NCBI RefSeq assembly: GCF_009914755.1
Contig: NC_060926.1
Direction: 5' to 3' (one strand)
Length of the DNA stretch: 64,000 nucleotides
DNA from: the human T2T-CHM13v2.0 reference genome, Homo sapiens
Below are positions 38,902 to 51,921 of the stretch, piece after piece (position 1 is the stretch's first letter; every line of letters begins with the position of its first letter). Made by a program: the position numbers and the translations under genes. A model generated the notes under the pieces. It did not search any database, was not told where the DNA came from, and saw nothing but the letters and a program-made list of their open reading frames with translations.

Positions 38902-41900
38902 GGAAATGTCATTTTGTCATATATTTTTCTGTTACACATTTTTTTGTCCCAGATCTGGCAATTGGAGTATGGCTATAAAAGTTGAGCCATCTTCCAGTTT
39001 CATCTTTAAGTGAGAACTTGGGATTTCCTGCTTGATGAGAAACCAGAGCTGATTCCTTCTGCACATCCGCAGAGCTCCCCACTGAAGCAGAATCCAGCAG
39101 AACCCACAGAACCAGATAAGAGCTTACACATGCATTACCACAGGTGTGAAATGCCTGACACACAGGACGGGTTCCCCTTCTACGTCCTCGTGGGCCATGG
39201 GCACCCTACAGGCTGAGCTGGGTAAACAGCGTTTGCTGGAAAGAAAACGGACACAGAACTCGGCTGGCCATCACGCCTGTGTGCCCACCCAGGGGTTTCT
39301 TCAGCTGGAAGACACCGCTGTTGTCAAACCTTGTGTGGCCTCATCCTGTGCCAGCAGGAGTGGGAGAGAATCACCAAGCCGCTCATAGCCCTCGCACTCC
39401 CCCTCAGCCTCCAGCCAGGGCACCGCTGCTCCGCACCGCATCCACACGCACAGACATGCTCCGTTTCCACTCCCGCTGTGGACACACAGTCTTCGTGTTC
39501 GGAGGCCTGTGTTGTGCCCTCCCTCCCGCTGGTCACTCTTCTGTTTCTGCGGCTGTCCCTGGACGCTGGAGGTGCCGGGAGGGGAGGTCGTGCTCCCTCA
39601 CAGCCACCCCTCGCCCCCCAACTCACTCATGTGCTTATTTCCCCACTTTGTTTTTCACCAAACATTCAATAATCATCTTCCAGCCCCTCCTCCACCCCAG
39701 TCCCTGTGCTAAGCCTGGGACTGTAATGACAGACAATGGTCTAAAGAATCGCAGAGAAGGCAGAGAAGGAAAGAAAAACAGTCGCAATATGGCAGAGTAA
39801 ACAGGTATGAATCTCCTGTTCATAAAATAAGCCAAAGTCATGCCATTTATCCAAGTAAAGAATGTGGCTTACAAGCGAGGCTCACGGAGGTATTTCAATA
39901 AGCCTTTCTTATCTGACAGCTTGAAGAGCCTATTATCTTACACCATTTATACAGACAAACTTTCAGTCAATTCATTACAAATAGAGCAGGCTCAATTCAA
40001 CAATAGTTACACAATAATCTCTCATGGATTTGAGTAGCATGTTGCACTTTGAAGTATGCTTTCGATCATGGATACACAGCCTTAATACATTTTTATTTAT
40101 ATCTCACCTTTCTTCCAAAAAAGATTAGAGGTATCCCATCTGTATGAATCTATGAACAAACAGAATCCACAATGGGCAGAAAATGTGTGAGCCAACTTCA
40201 GAAAACATTTAAAACTTCAAAAGAAAGTGTGTTGGTCCCAGATTAGAGGGGCGTGACTCGCTGCGCTCACAGGCTCCCCTCTGCTGCACAGGGTTGCGCT
40301 CCAGGGGCAGCTAGGAAGGACCCCATCATTCATGGCACAGCAGTCAGGGTCTCAAGGATAACGACGTGCCAAGTCCCACTCCTGCGCCCTGGCTCCACCC
40401 TGGGCGTCCCCTGCTTCCCTCCTTCCTGCCCTGCGGGCTCCATACCAGCTGCTCCCTGAGAACTCACCCAGGCCTGCTGGGTTGGTGTCCTGGTCCTGAC
40501 CAGGCCCCGGGCTGAGTGCACAGAAGGTCTGGGAGACACTGGGTCCCCTGGGGAGGGAGTGAGGCTTCCTTCTTCCAAGTCGGGCTGGATTCTCCGGGAC
40601 CCCCGCTCCCTCTCTGTCCCCGACAGCGCACTCTGACCCACCGCGGGCGCTGCCCTGCTGAGCTCTCACGGGAGTCCCAGCCCCCGGGTCTCAGCCAGCA
40701 CTACCCGCTGGCCAGGTTCCTTCACCACTTGCCCGCCGGATCCCCCAGGACCATGAGCAGAGGTCAAACGTGGATGTCATAGACCCTCCTGAAGGTGTAG
40801 AATTAGTGGGTGAGAGCAGAGAACCCGAGCCTGGTCACTCCTCCCAGGACAAGCGTGAGGCCCACCCTGAGCCCCATGCAGGGGTCTCCCAGGACCCCCG
40901 GGGTCCAAGCCTGAGTGCCTTGCCTCCTCTCCCAATATTTCCTGTGGAAAATCTCCCCCCACTTTCAGGACAATTCCTGTCTCCTTGCCTGAGGGGTGGT
41001 CTCACTCTAGAGGTTATTCCCTCCCCCAACAGCACCAAGAGGAGCAGTCGCAGAGCCACCCAGCTGAGCCCTGCCCACCCCAGACTGTGCCTTCCGAGCA
41101 TGCCCGGCTGCGCAAATGGAGATAGGCCCCTCGCTCCGTCTCTCTCTGTCCTGCCTTCCTCCTGCCTGTTGCTGTCTTCTGTACTGGCCGTTAAAAAACA
41201 CTACACAACCCGTTCCCGGGCCCAGCAACAGTTCCCTGAGATCATCTGCTCCAAATTTTCTTAAGGAATGGGAGCATTTTCCTAAAACCAGCCTGGTCTG
41301 TAAACACCTCCCTGGCCGGAATAGAGGCTTCTGTATTCCCAGCTTCCGAGCCTTCACGGGGCCTGTGCTAGAGAACTACCCCCTTTTCCATCCATCAGAG
41401 CTCAGCATAGGCGCCAGAAAGGCTTCAAAAGCAGGTCAACTTTAAAAACCTGAGCCGCTGTCTACCATAATTTGTACTTATTTATTTGGTTGCTCGGGTG
41501 CTGACCTCTGCCGGCTGCAAGTGTGCCTGTCTCATTCACCTCTGAATCAGCAGCACCTCAGACCCCATCTGACTCAGCGCCTTGGGGGCACCTCTTCCCA
41601 CCCCGGGACCCTGGGCATAGCCTCCTCTTGGCCTCCTCACCCTCTGGTCCAGGCTTTGGTGCAGAATGCCTAGGGATGCCCCAGGAGTGATTTTTGGCCT
41701 CAGATTGACTCTTTTTTTGCCAGGCTAAACCTAGGTTATATTTTTTGCCGCCAAGTTTTAATCTCACAGCCCAGTGAATATATATATATATTTTCAAATT
41801 TGATTTTCCAAATGTCCCGGGAGCACATGCCCTGTTTCCTAATGAATCTCCGGGGTTCTTCAGAGTAAACAACAAAACATAGCATTCCTGCTTTGGGACT

Positions 41901-43489
41901 CCAGCCCTCCACCCTGGGGAGCACGTGTCTCCTTGACCATGGTCATCTCCTACTAGACCGGAGTTGAGGAAGGAGCCGGGAGTCCCAGGCCGATGGAGCC
42001 GAGCCCAACCGAGCCCCAAGGAGAGACCGTGGGGGCTGCCTGAGAGCTTCAGCCCAGAGCAGTGGCAGACAGGAGAGGACGGCCACTCTTGAGGGGCGTG
42101 GGCGGCCATCGGCAGGCTGAGGGGGTGGGCGGCTGCGGGTTGAGGGGTTGGGTGCCTGTCTTCAGGCTGCTCCTCTACGCAGGCCCGAGCCTGTGATCAA
42201 GGAGTCACCCAGAGCCCAGTTATGTCTACGGGAGCTCTTCTCAGAGAAATGGGCACCGACACCTCTAAGATGGTCCCTGGAAGCCCATGAGCCAGAGCCG
42301 TGTTCCAGATTTAAACGTGTCCGTGTGTCCTATGGGGAAAGCGCAGGTCATCCAAGGAATGGAAGTAATGGAAAGATATTTTTGAAACAATATTTTTTTA
42401 AATGTTCAAATAGTTACTGCCACCATGGAAGGAACAGAAATCCTCCAGAGCAGTGAGCTCCACATCACAGGGGCATTCAAGCCCGTCCTCCCAGGAGGAT
42501 GCATATCCCACGGCTGCTCAACCAGAAGACAGCTTGTCACACCTCATCCTCCCAACTGGACAGCTTGTCACATCTCATCTCCCCGGGTTCCACTGTGTGC
42601 TCCATGGCAAAGCTCTGCCCCTTGGGCTTGGGGTCTGGGGGAAGATCCCTGGACACCTGGAGGTGCAGGTAACCACGGGGAGGTGTGCAACTGTGTCTCC
42701 CCAGCCCTTCAGATGAAGAGGGAGCTGCCAACTCTCCATGCGTCAGTGCAGAGTCCGCCGAGCTACATGCAAAGGTTCAACACAGGGCTGATCCACACAG
42801 GCTGATTCTCACCCGTGCCTGAGTCCTCCTGCCTCGGTGACCCCTTAGGTGAGTTAAGAGCACTTCTCGGGAAGTAATCATCTTGGACCTCAGCAGCTGC
42901 ACAGAGATTTGGGTGAAGGCCATCCCTTTCTGGCCCCAGGTCCCCTGCATAAAGCACTGACTCAGCCTCACCTGTCCCTAGGACGAGCCTGGCTGTCCCG
43001 GGGAGGTGAAGAGCCCCACCCCCTGCAAATGTGGAGGCCGGGCACAGTGCAGGTGTTTATTAGAGAACCTTTCTGCCTCCTGGTCTGCAATCAAGGAGAT
43101 TCCTCAGCTCATTAGCTTCACGGACAAGTTCCGGAAGAGGAAGACCAGGCCCCCCAAGCTATCAAGGTGCCCGGGATGACACCCAGCTCCTCCCCCACCC
43201 CCTTACTCCCTGGGCGCTTCAGTCCATCTGGCTGTGCCCTCGCTGCGGCCCCGGCTCCTGGCCTCTCCTGGCTGCCACTTCTCCCTGGAAAGCTGAGACC
43301 TCAGGACTGGGAGTAGAAAACAAGGAGAAGGAATGTGGAGGTGGAACTTGGCAGAGGGCGAGGCCGGCCCTCCCTGTGGTCATCTCTGCCCAGCAGGCTG
43401 CCCTCCCCACCCAGATTCCTATCCAGGCCAGCATCCCCACCCCTGGCCCCACCCACAGGGCCCTCCCTGGAACCTGCACAGTGGAGACC

Positions 43490-43550
43490 GGGGGAGACCA
43501 AGTGGGGAGACCAGGTGGGGAGACCAGGTGGGGAGACCGGGTGGGGAGAC
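43490..43550. repeat. 14-bp G-rich repeat, ~4 copies
   Basis: ggggagaccaggtg repeated. Confidence 0.85.
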
Positions 43551-43693
43551 ACACCGGAACAGGGACACCCCGTCCCCAGGGAATCCTGGAGCTACACCCT
43601 GAAGGTGCAGCTTTTATCCTAATGGGCTGGGCTCCCACACAGATGTGGAGGCAGCACTGCCTGCAGAAGCCCTTGTCAGTGGCCATGGAGAGC

Positions 43694-44448
43694 CTGTCCC
43701 TCTGTCCTCCCGCCCTGTCCCTGTCCCCACCCTGTCCCTCTGTCCTCCTGCCCTATCCCTCTCTCTCTTCCCTGTCCCTCTGTCTCCACTCTGTCCCCAC
43801 CCAGTCCCTCTGTCCCTCTGTCCCCGCCCTGTCCCTCTGTCCCTACCCTGTCCCTCTGTCCGAACACTGTCCCTCTCTCCTCCTGCCCTGTCCCTCTGTC
43901 CCTGTCCCTCTCTCCCTGCTGTCCCTCTGTCCGCACCCTGTCCCTGTCCCCATCCTGTCCCTCTGTCCCCACCCAGTCCCTCTGTCCCCCAGTCCCTCTG
44001 TCCCTCTGTCCCCGCCCTGTCCCTCTGTCCCTACCCTGTCCCTCTGTCCGAACACTGTCCCTATCTCCTCCTGCCCTGTCCCTCTGTCCCTGTCCCTCTC
44101 TCCCCGCTCTGTCCCTCTGTCCCTGCTCTGTCCCTCTGTCCTCACCCTGTCCCTCTGTCCCCACCCAGTCCCTCTGTCCCCCAGTCCCTCTGTCCCTGTC
44201 CCCGCCCTGTCCCTCTGTCCCCACCCTGTCCCTCTGTCCCATCCCTGTCCCTCTGTCCCCACCCTGTCCCTCTGTCCGTGTCCCTGCCCTGTCCCTCTGT
44301 TCCCACTCTGTCCGTCTATCCCTGCCCTGTCCCTCTGTCCCCGCCCTGTCCCTCTGTCCATCTCCACTCTGTCCCTCTGTCCCTCTCTCCCCCATCCCTC
44401 TGTCCCTCTGTCTCTCTGTCCCCCGTCCCTCTGTCCCTCTGTCCCTGC
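43694..44448. repeat. (TGTCCC/TGTCCCTC)n pyrimidine-rich degenerate repeat
   Basis: ctgtccctctgtcccc iterations; internal block duplication around ccgaacactgtccct. Confidence 0.92.
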
Positions 44449-44791
44449 CAGTCTATGCCCTGTGCTCATGGATTTCCCTCACAGGAACTTTCATTTTCAC
44501 ACAATGAACAAGCGAATGCAGCTCTGGGTGAGGGCAGGGCCCCACCTCTCAAAAGGACGACTCAGTCCTTCCAAAGCCTTCCATGGCCCCCGCCGGATCC
44601 TCAGCCTGGAACCCTGGGTCAACAGTGCTCCCCAAAGCTCTCCAAGAGGGGCTGCCACCCCAGGGCATGGACAACACCACCCATTCCCCCCACTCAGGTC
44701 TCCACCGGCCGGAAGCCACCCTGGGCTCCACTTGGCTCCTGGACGTGAGAGCTGGGCAGGGCCTTGAAGACACTCAGTCTGTTGCCCTGTC

Positions 44792-45428
44792 ACCCACACC
44801 TGTGTCCCCCACACCCGTGTCCCCACACCCGTGTCCCCACACCCGTGTCCCCTACCCACATCCATGTCCCCACACCCATGTCCCCACACCCATGTCCCCA
44901 CACCCAAGTCCCCACACCCATGTCCCCACACCCGTGTCCCCACACCCGTGTCCCCTACCCACATCCATGTCCCCACACCCAAGTCCCCACACCCATGTCC
45001 CCCACACCCATGTCCCCATACCCGTGTCCCCACACCCGTGTCCCCTACCCACACCCATGTCCCCACACCCGTGTCCCCACACCCATGTCCCCGACACCTA
45101 TGTCCCCACACCCAAGTCCCCACACCCGTGTCCCCACACCCGTGTCCCCCATACCTGTGTCCCCACACCTGTGTCCCCCACACCCGTGTCCCCACACCCG
45201 TGTCCCCACACCCGTGTCCCCTACCCACACCTGTGTCCCCCACACCCATGTCCCCACACCCGTGTCCCCACACCCGTGTCCCCTACCCACATCCACGTCC
45301 CCACACCCGTGTCCCCACACCCATGTCCCCGACACCCATGTCCCCCATACCCGTGTCCCCACACCCGTGTCCCCTACCCACATCCATGTCCCCACACCCA
45401 TGTCCCCGACACCCATGTCCCCGACACC
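44792..45428. repeat. 14-bp VNTR, ~44 copies (minus strand ACA(C/T)GGGTGTGGGG)
   Basis: tgtccccacaccc(g/a) repeated with variants. Confidence 0.97.
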
Positions 45429-45539
45429 TCCAGCTCCAGCCTTGCTCAGCACCATGGGCTGCACTGTGGCCTCCGGTCCCCTCGGAGCTCGACTGTACTT
45501 GGCGACGGCCCATGAGAGGAGGGCGCACAGAGGGCATAG

Positions 45540-45736
45540 AGGGGTCCACATGAGGACACAGGGGAGGGCCCTGCCCTGCCCGCAGCCCACAGCCCACAGA
45601 GAGGCCCAGGAGGACCCCGCTCTGCCGGCCCCTAGTCCTGGACTTCCCGCCTTCAGAACTGAGAGGAAGTAAATTCCTGTGGTTCAATCCAAAGCCTGTG
45701 GTGTTTTGTCATGGCTGCTCCAGTAGATTAATACAC
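45540..45736 (+). mobile_element. MLT1 LTR 3' fragment
   Basis: ccacatgaggacacag...ctggacttcccgccttcagaactgagaggaagtaaattcctg...ctgtggtgttttgtcatggc...ttaataca. Confidence 0.75.
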
Positions 45737-47726
45737 ATATCACATGAGATGTTACTATCAGGGGCCACAAGGCCAAGGCTGGACCCTTTATGACAAGGAG
45801 GCTGGGGGTGTGGAGGAAGAAGCAGGGTCTGACGGTAGGTGGCAGAGCCGGGTCATACCACGAATCCCCCACCAGGGCCCCAGGCCTGCGCAGACCTGGG
45901 CAGAGCTGCTCGCTCCTTCCTTGGCTGAACGGAGCCTCTGCCTGCAACCTGTGTGTGCAGATGCATTGGCCTCCCGCCCCGGGCAGCGGCATGTCCGTGG
46001 TGGAGCAGACAGACCATGCAGGGCCCAGGAGCAGGCGCCCAGTGGGTCCCATTTAGACACCCAGTGTGACTGTAACTGCTGGGTCTATGCTGATGTAAAC
46101 TGCAAATCTCAGAAGAGTCCTGCAGGAGGGGCACAGACCACAGACATCATGAGAACAGACAGCAGCCTGGCTCAGAGGAGACAGCTCAAAAGCCCAGGGT
46201 CCGGAGAAGGCCAGGAAGTGCCAAGCGCCTTCCCAGGGGAGGGGCCCAGGCAATAAGGGGCTGTCCTTCTGGCCGCAGCTTCAAGTTGAACCAGCCCCGA
46301 AACTATATAAAAGACAATTGAACCAGGGTGCCCAAACCCATGTCAACCTGAAAACACAAACCTACTGAAGTCTATCCAGCAGGGACCCTTTGGTGAAGAG
46401 TCAACCTAATGATGCCTCTCTCAGGGGTGGGAGTGAAAGGTGCTGCGGTCTCTGCCTTCAAAGACCCTCTGTCCTGCACCTGCGAGGCCCCTGCACAGAG
46501 CAGCTGAGAGGTCCCCGCTGCTCCGGCCACTGGCAAAGCTTCTGATGCCCCTTCACTGCCCCCAGATTTGCTGTTTAAAAAACCACCAACAGCAAATATG
46601 GTGAAAAAATCGCAATCCCTAGTGTCAAGTCTGACTGCCTGTGTGCAGAGAATTCTGAGGCTGTATTGGAGTCTTGAGTGAAAAACCCACAGAGGCAGAT
46701 GAGAAATCTACTTTGACTCTAACAAAGGTTAACTGAGAATTTGCCACGTTCCAGACACTGTGTGAAGTGCCAGAGATCTAGGGGGGAACAATTCGAACTC
46801 TCTCTTCTGAGAGCATAAATTTCAGACAGAAATCCAGACAAAAACAATTTGTGGCCATTTTCTTTTTTCTTACTAATAAGACCTGTGTTTGCTATTTCCC
46901 AGGCAGCAATTTGCACATCTGAAAACTTGTCTTTCTCAGTCCGTGTTGCAGACAGGAATAGCCCATGTCATACTCTGGCAAGAGAGAGGTAGGTGGAAGC
47001 TTTGTGGAGGGATTGCTATAGACTGTCTTAAAAGGGGGACAAACCCAACCAACAGGCACCACTTTGCTCTTGGACCTTGTCTCTTCCTGCTGCCTGAAAC
47101 GAATAAACAATGGCAGGAGCTCCAGCAGCCTCCATGAGGACATGAGCACAGGGCCCAGTGCAGCAGAAACATGGGGCTGCCAAACCAGCCTGACACTCCC
47201 ACCCCCAGATTTATGAGTGAAAAATGTATTTTTATAAAAGTGACTGTTCCTGGGGTTTCTATTGTAATAATCCACTGTTCTTTGGGAAATCAGCAGCTGA
47301 ACTCAATCACTAGTGCAACACAAGTAAACAAATAAATCCGGCAGATGATTCTGCTTGGCCTAAATGCTGCAAAGGAAATGACCAGGACACAAAGCACAGA
47401 AGCAGGAGGAAGGCAGCTTGGACCGGAAGGTCTGCAGGAGGAAGGACTGCCAAGCAGGGCTGTGCAGATGGTGAGGGCCCAGCCGCAGATAGGCTCTCCA
47501 GGCAGAGGTCTTGGCAGACCCAGAGGTTCTGAATCCCATCCAGCCACGTGCCACCTGAGAAAGCTGCGTAGACTAGACGGCACCTCATGCATGGCAGGGA
47601 AGTCAACAGAGTTGGAGTGGGAGAAGCCCACAAGGCAGGGGCTTGTAGATCCGAGAAAGGATTGCAGATTTTATTCTTTAAGCAGTAAGAAGTCACTGGG
47701 GGGCGCTGAGAGAAAATGAGCTAGCC

Positions 47727-47923
47727 CAGGGGCTGCCCCCTGAATTCTGCCTGTTGTGTTGGCCGGGATACCTGCCAGGCCTGCGGATGCGGGAGGTGCT
47801 GCTGTATCTCTGCCCTCCCTGCACTGGGAGCAGGCGCTCCCTCTTTAGTTACAATGACAAATAACAGATCCGGGCATGTCCAGTGTCCCCTGGGGGCACG
47901 ATGCCTCCAGCTGAGGACCACTG
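47727..47923. mobile_element. MER20-like hAT-Charlie relic
   Basis: 3' end tgtcccctgggggcacgatgcctccagctgaggaccactg. Confidence 0.6.
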
Positions 47924-49481
47924 CAGAATGTCTTCTGTAAAGAGAGGAAAGTCAGAGAAATGGCAGAGTGGAGGAGGGGACACCGGGCAGCCGGGCAGAG
48001 AATGCGGGGAGAAATGCAGATGTTCAAGAGGCATCTTGGAGAAAATCCTGCGGAATTGACTGGTATGTTACATTCTGTGGTTATGAAGGGGACAAGCCTA
48101 AAGGCACCTTGCAGGCAGGCCTGTGTTCCAGCCACACTCCACGGCCAGGCGGGGCCTGCCTTGTGGGTGCTGGACTGTGAATGGGTCACATGTGTCATTT
48201 CCGGCCAGGTTAGGCCAGCTGGGCCGGTTGCCCACTGTGCACCTCTCTGGCCTTTGCAGGAGGAAGCCCAGCCGGCAGGACTCAGCTCCACGCCGGGGAC
48301 GGAGCCCAGGTCCTGGCAAACGTGGAGGAGCGTTGTCCCTGCGAGCGCCCAGCCTGAACAGAAGGGAACGAGGGGGGAGCAAGCCCGCAGTGCGTGATGC
48401 TGGTCATTTATTTGCCGCAGCTGCCAGCACACGTCTGCTAACCTGACGAACACGGATCCTGACCTCTAACTTCACACACGCACCCAGGCTGAAATGGAAG
48501 CACCAGCCGGGGCAGGTGGAGGGGCTGGAGGAGAATCCAGAGGTTCCTCGCAGGTGCGTGGTGGTGACCCACTCCTCGGGTTTTCACAGGGAGACGTCAG
48601 GTAGCAGCTGGGCCTGAGGCTCGGGGGCCGGGTCTGGGCTGCAGTGAGGCTCGGCCATCTCCGGCTTTGCTGCGCCAACAAGAGCATTGCCTGCTGCTAT
48701 CCCACGCGTCCTCATCCCAAATCCCAGATGAGGGCGCTGTGGCCTTGGCCACCCCCAACACGGCGCCTGGGCTCGCATCTGGGTGGTGGTTTTTCCTGCT
48801 GCACCACCAGGGTGCCTTGGCGCTGGGACTACAGGATGCACAGAGGACCGCGCGTGGTGGAAGAGAAGCCAGCCTGGCCCGTTTGTGCGAGCGCGGCCCC
48901 TAAGCCCGCAGGCTGCCCTGCTGGGAGGGGAGAGTGGGAAGCGGCCTCCGGGTTGGTTCCCAGTGGTCCCAGCTGGGGGCAGAAATTCCATCTGTCTCAC
49001 AACAGATGAGTATTCTCAAGTGTGGGAAAGCAACACAGACCAGAAACTTATCAGGGGGAGGAAAACTCCCCCTGATAAGATGCAAAGGAGCCTAGAAAAA
49101 AAAAATTGGCCCAAAGAGCAAGCACTGCTGGTTCAGGATAATTTCAGGATAAACTGCCCCAGCTATTGGCAGATGTTAAGAAACACTTCCAAGAACTCGA
49201 GGGCAAGACACACCAGCCTCCTAACAGAAACAGCACCCCTACCCAACCACACGCTGGAAGGTTCCAGAAGACCTTGGCAGGACCAAAGACGTCAGTCAAG
49301 GTGATGGATAGCTCAGGTCGCCAATATTTCCCATCAAAAGTAGCACTTAGTAATAATTCCACACTCATGGGGAATACTTTGGGCAAAACTGGAGAAAAGG
49401 CTTTTGAGTTTCCTAACACTCACTATTGCTCACGAAATAGACATCACATTAAATGCAGTAAAAGAGCAAAAAAAAAAAAAT

Positions 49482-49829
<348 letters not shown>

Positions 49830-49994
49830 TTAAAAAGTGAACAAACCTAAATGACTAGCTAGTTATTCTAACAGTAGGCAAACGTCATACTGTTATTACA
49901 CCTTTCCTGTAAAGAAGCTATGCTCCATTGTGGTAAAAACAAAAAAAATGTGCCTGTGGTTTATAAACACAATAAACCTTAAAATGCAAAGCGG

Positions 49995-50310
49995 TGCCTT
50001 GGCCTTCACGTGAGTATCCCTCAAAGTGTCTGACTCCCCAGGTGATGGTTCCAGGAGCTGGGGGCCTTTGGGAGGTGATGAGGTCATGGTGTGGAGCCCC
50101 ATGGGTGGATCTGTGCCCTTCTAAGAGACCCCAGAGAGACCCTCACCCCTACCCCCAGGAGAGGTCTGTGAAATAAGAAGCAGTCCTCACGAGACACCAA
50201 ACCCACTGGGCCTTGGTCTTGGACTTCAGCCCCCAGAGCAGAGAGACGAGTGTCTGCAGCTTGTAAGCCCCATCTGCTGTGGTTGTCACAGCTGCCGAGT
50301 GACCAAGGCA
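49995..50310 (+). mobile_element. MLT1A-like MaLR LTR
   Basis: ggggcctttgggaggtgatgaggtcatg...gcccttctaagagaccccagagag...ccttggtcttggacttcagcc. Confidence 0.75.
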
Positions 50311-51921
50311 GGTGACAGAGGAAGCTGGATTCGCTGCACATCTGCTCCGTCCAGGCCTCTCACGATGCCTGCAGCATCCCTGTCCTCTGGGAAGAGCCCT
50401 TGCTGTGAGGAAGAGCCCTGACACTCCAGCATGTGCTTTGCATAAAAGCTGCTGTCATCTTACAGACTCCACAAGTGACCAGCCCAGCCGCAGGCACTGA
50501 CTCAGGCCGCCAGGTTGCTGCCCCTCCCTGGGGCTGTGAGCAGGCATCTGGCCACAGAGAATCCTGGACTTGCTGCCAAGAGCCAGATGTCGCCTGCTGG
50601 GACCCGCCAGGAGTCCTGTTCCCAGCCGAGCAGAGGGGCCTGGCGGAGAGGCCCAAGCCAATGGCGGGGAGAAGCAGAGACGAGGCCTGGGCCCCACTCC
50701 CATCTCTGCTCCTTTGAACTGAGGTTTTGTCACTGACAATAAGGGTTCTGACTCACACATCTGCTTAAGTTGTGGTTCGGGCACTTAACATTTCATCTGA
50801 AGTTTCCTGAACGTCAGCCAAAGGCCATCAGCTCGGCATCTAGAGCCTTTCAGGTCCGTAGGAATCCACAGATACAAGTTGTAGAGAAAGGAGGTCCAAA
50901 GAGATAAAGTGTCAAAGGACATCATAGTAAATGGCCTCAAACAAAAACCTCCAAAGACTGTTTTCCCACCACAGCACACCGACTCATAATGAACAAGGAG
51001 AGAGGGAATTTTGCTGAGCTTGGTGCTTCAGGAACGCCTAGAAAGGGAAGAGGCTTCTACCGCTGGTGCTTGAACCGAGGGGCAGCTCCTGCAGACAGGC
51101 CCTGAGGGCTGGCTGCCACGGAAACAACAACCGGGCTGAGCTGAGACCTGAGACACGAGGTCCCCTTGCTCCACGAGCACCTGGGGACCCGCCCCTGCAC
51201 ACCCCAGTGCTCCTGGGCTGGAAGCCGCATCTCTCCAACCTCTGCCTTCGTCTTTTATTCTCATCCTCAAACGAGGCCTTCTGGCCCGCCTCCCTCCCAC
51301 GGCCACCCCAGCCCCTTCTCATTCTGCTCTTCGCGAAGCCGCCAGAAGGTCCTTTAAACTGTGAGCGCTTCAGCACAGTGGGATCCTCCCAGGCCTGTGA
51401 CACAGCACCCGGTACGCGCAGCACACAGGCCCAGCCTCAGGCCCTGCACCAGGCTCTGCTGCCCCCTGGTCTCCCACCCCGCAGGCTAGCGTCCACTTCT
51501 CTCCAAGACCTCAGCTCAGCAGACATTTCACCCTCCAGGAAGCTTCCAGAGCATCCCTTGCTGAGAGCTTACCGCCCTCTTCTCCTGGACACGCTGGGCA
51601 GCCCCTCCCTGCACCTGAGCCTACTCTGTGATCAGGACGGACATTTTCATTTGCCCCACTGACCAGGGCAGACTTGTGGGTGGGGACAGTGGCTCTTGTC
51701 CGTGTGTCCACAGGGCTGCACACAGCAGGCAGGAGGCTGGCAGTGTTCCCGGAGGGGGGGCCCGTGAGGGAGGAAGCCCCCCGGGGTTCTGTGCAGGGCC
51801 CAGAGATGGAGCGCACAGCAGCACTGAGCTGCAGCCTCCTCCCAAACGACTCACGTAAATACAGGCACACGACACAGAGCACAAACACGTGCACGCATAG
51901 GCACATGCATGGGCCATGGAC

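Noticed and set aside
43694-44448. PRDM9 13-mer hotspot motifs
   Set aside because: CC(G/A)CCCTGTCCCT misses the last position of CCNCCNTNNCCNC, and near-matches are expected in C-rich repeats.
44792-45428. The INS locus itself
   Set aside because: No preproinsulin, TH or IGF2 coding sequence flanks the array, and the unit differs from ILPR.
43376-45672. Pro/Cys-rich ORFs resembling keratin-associated or SPRR proteins
   Set aside because: They derive from TGTCCC and 14-bp repeats whose units do not preserve frame.
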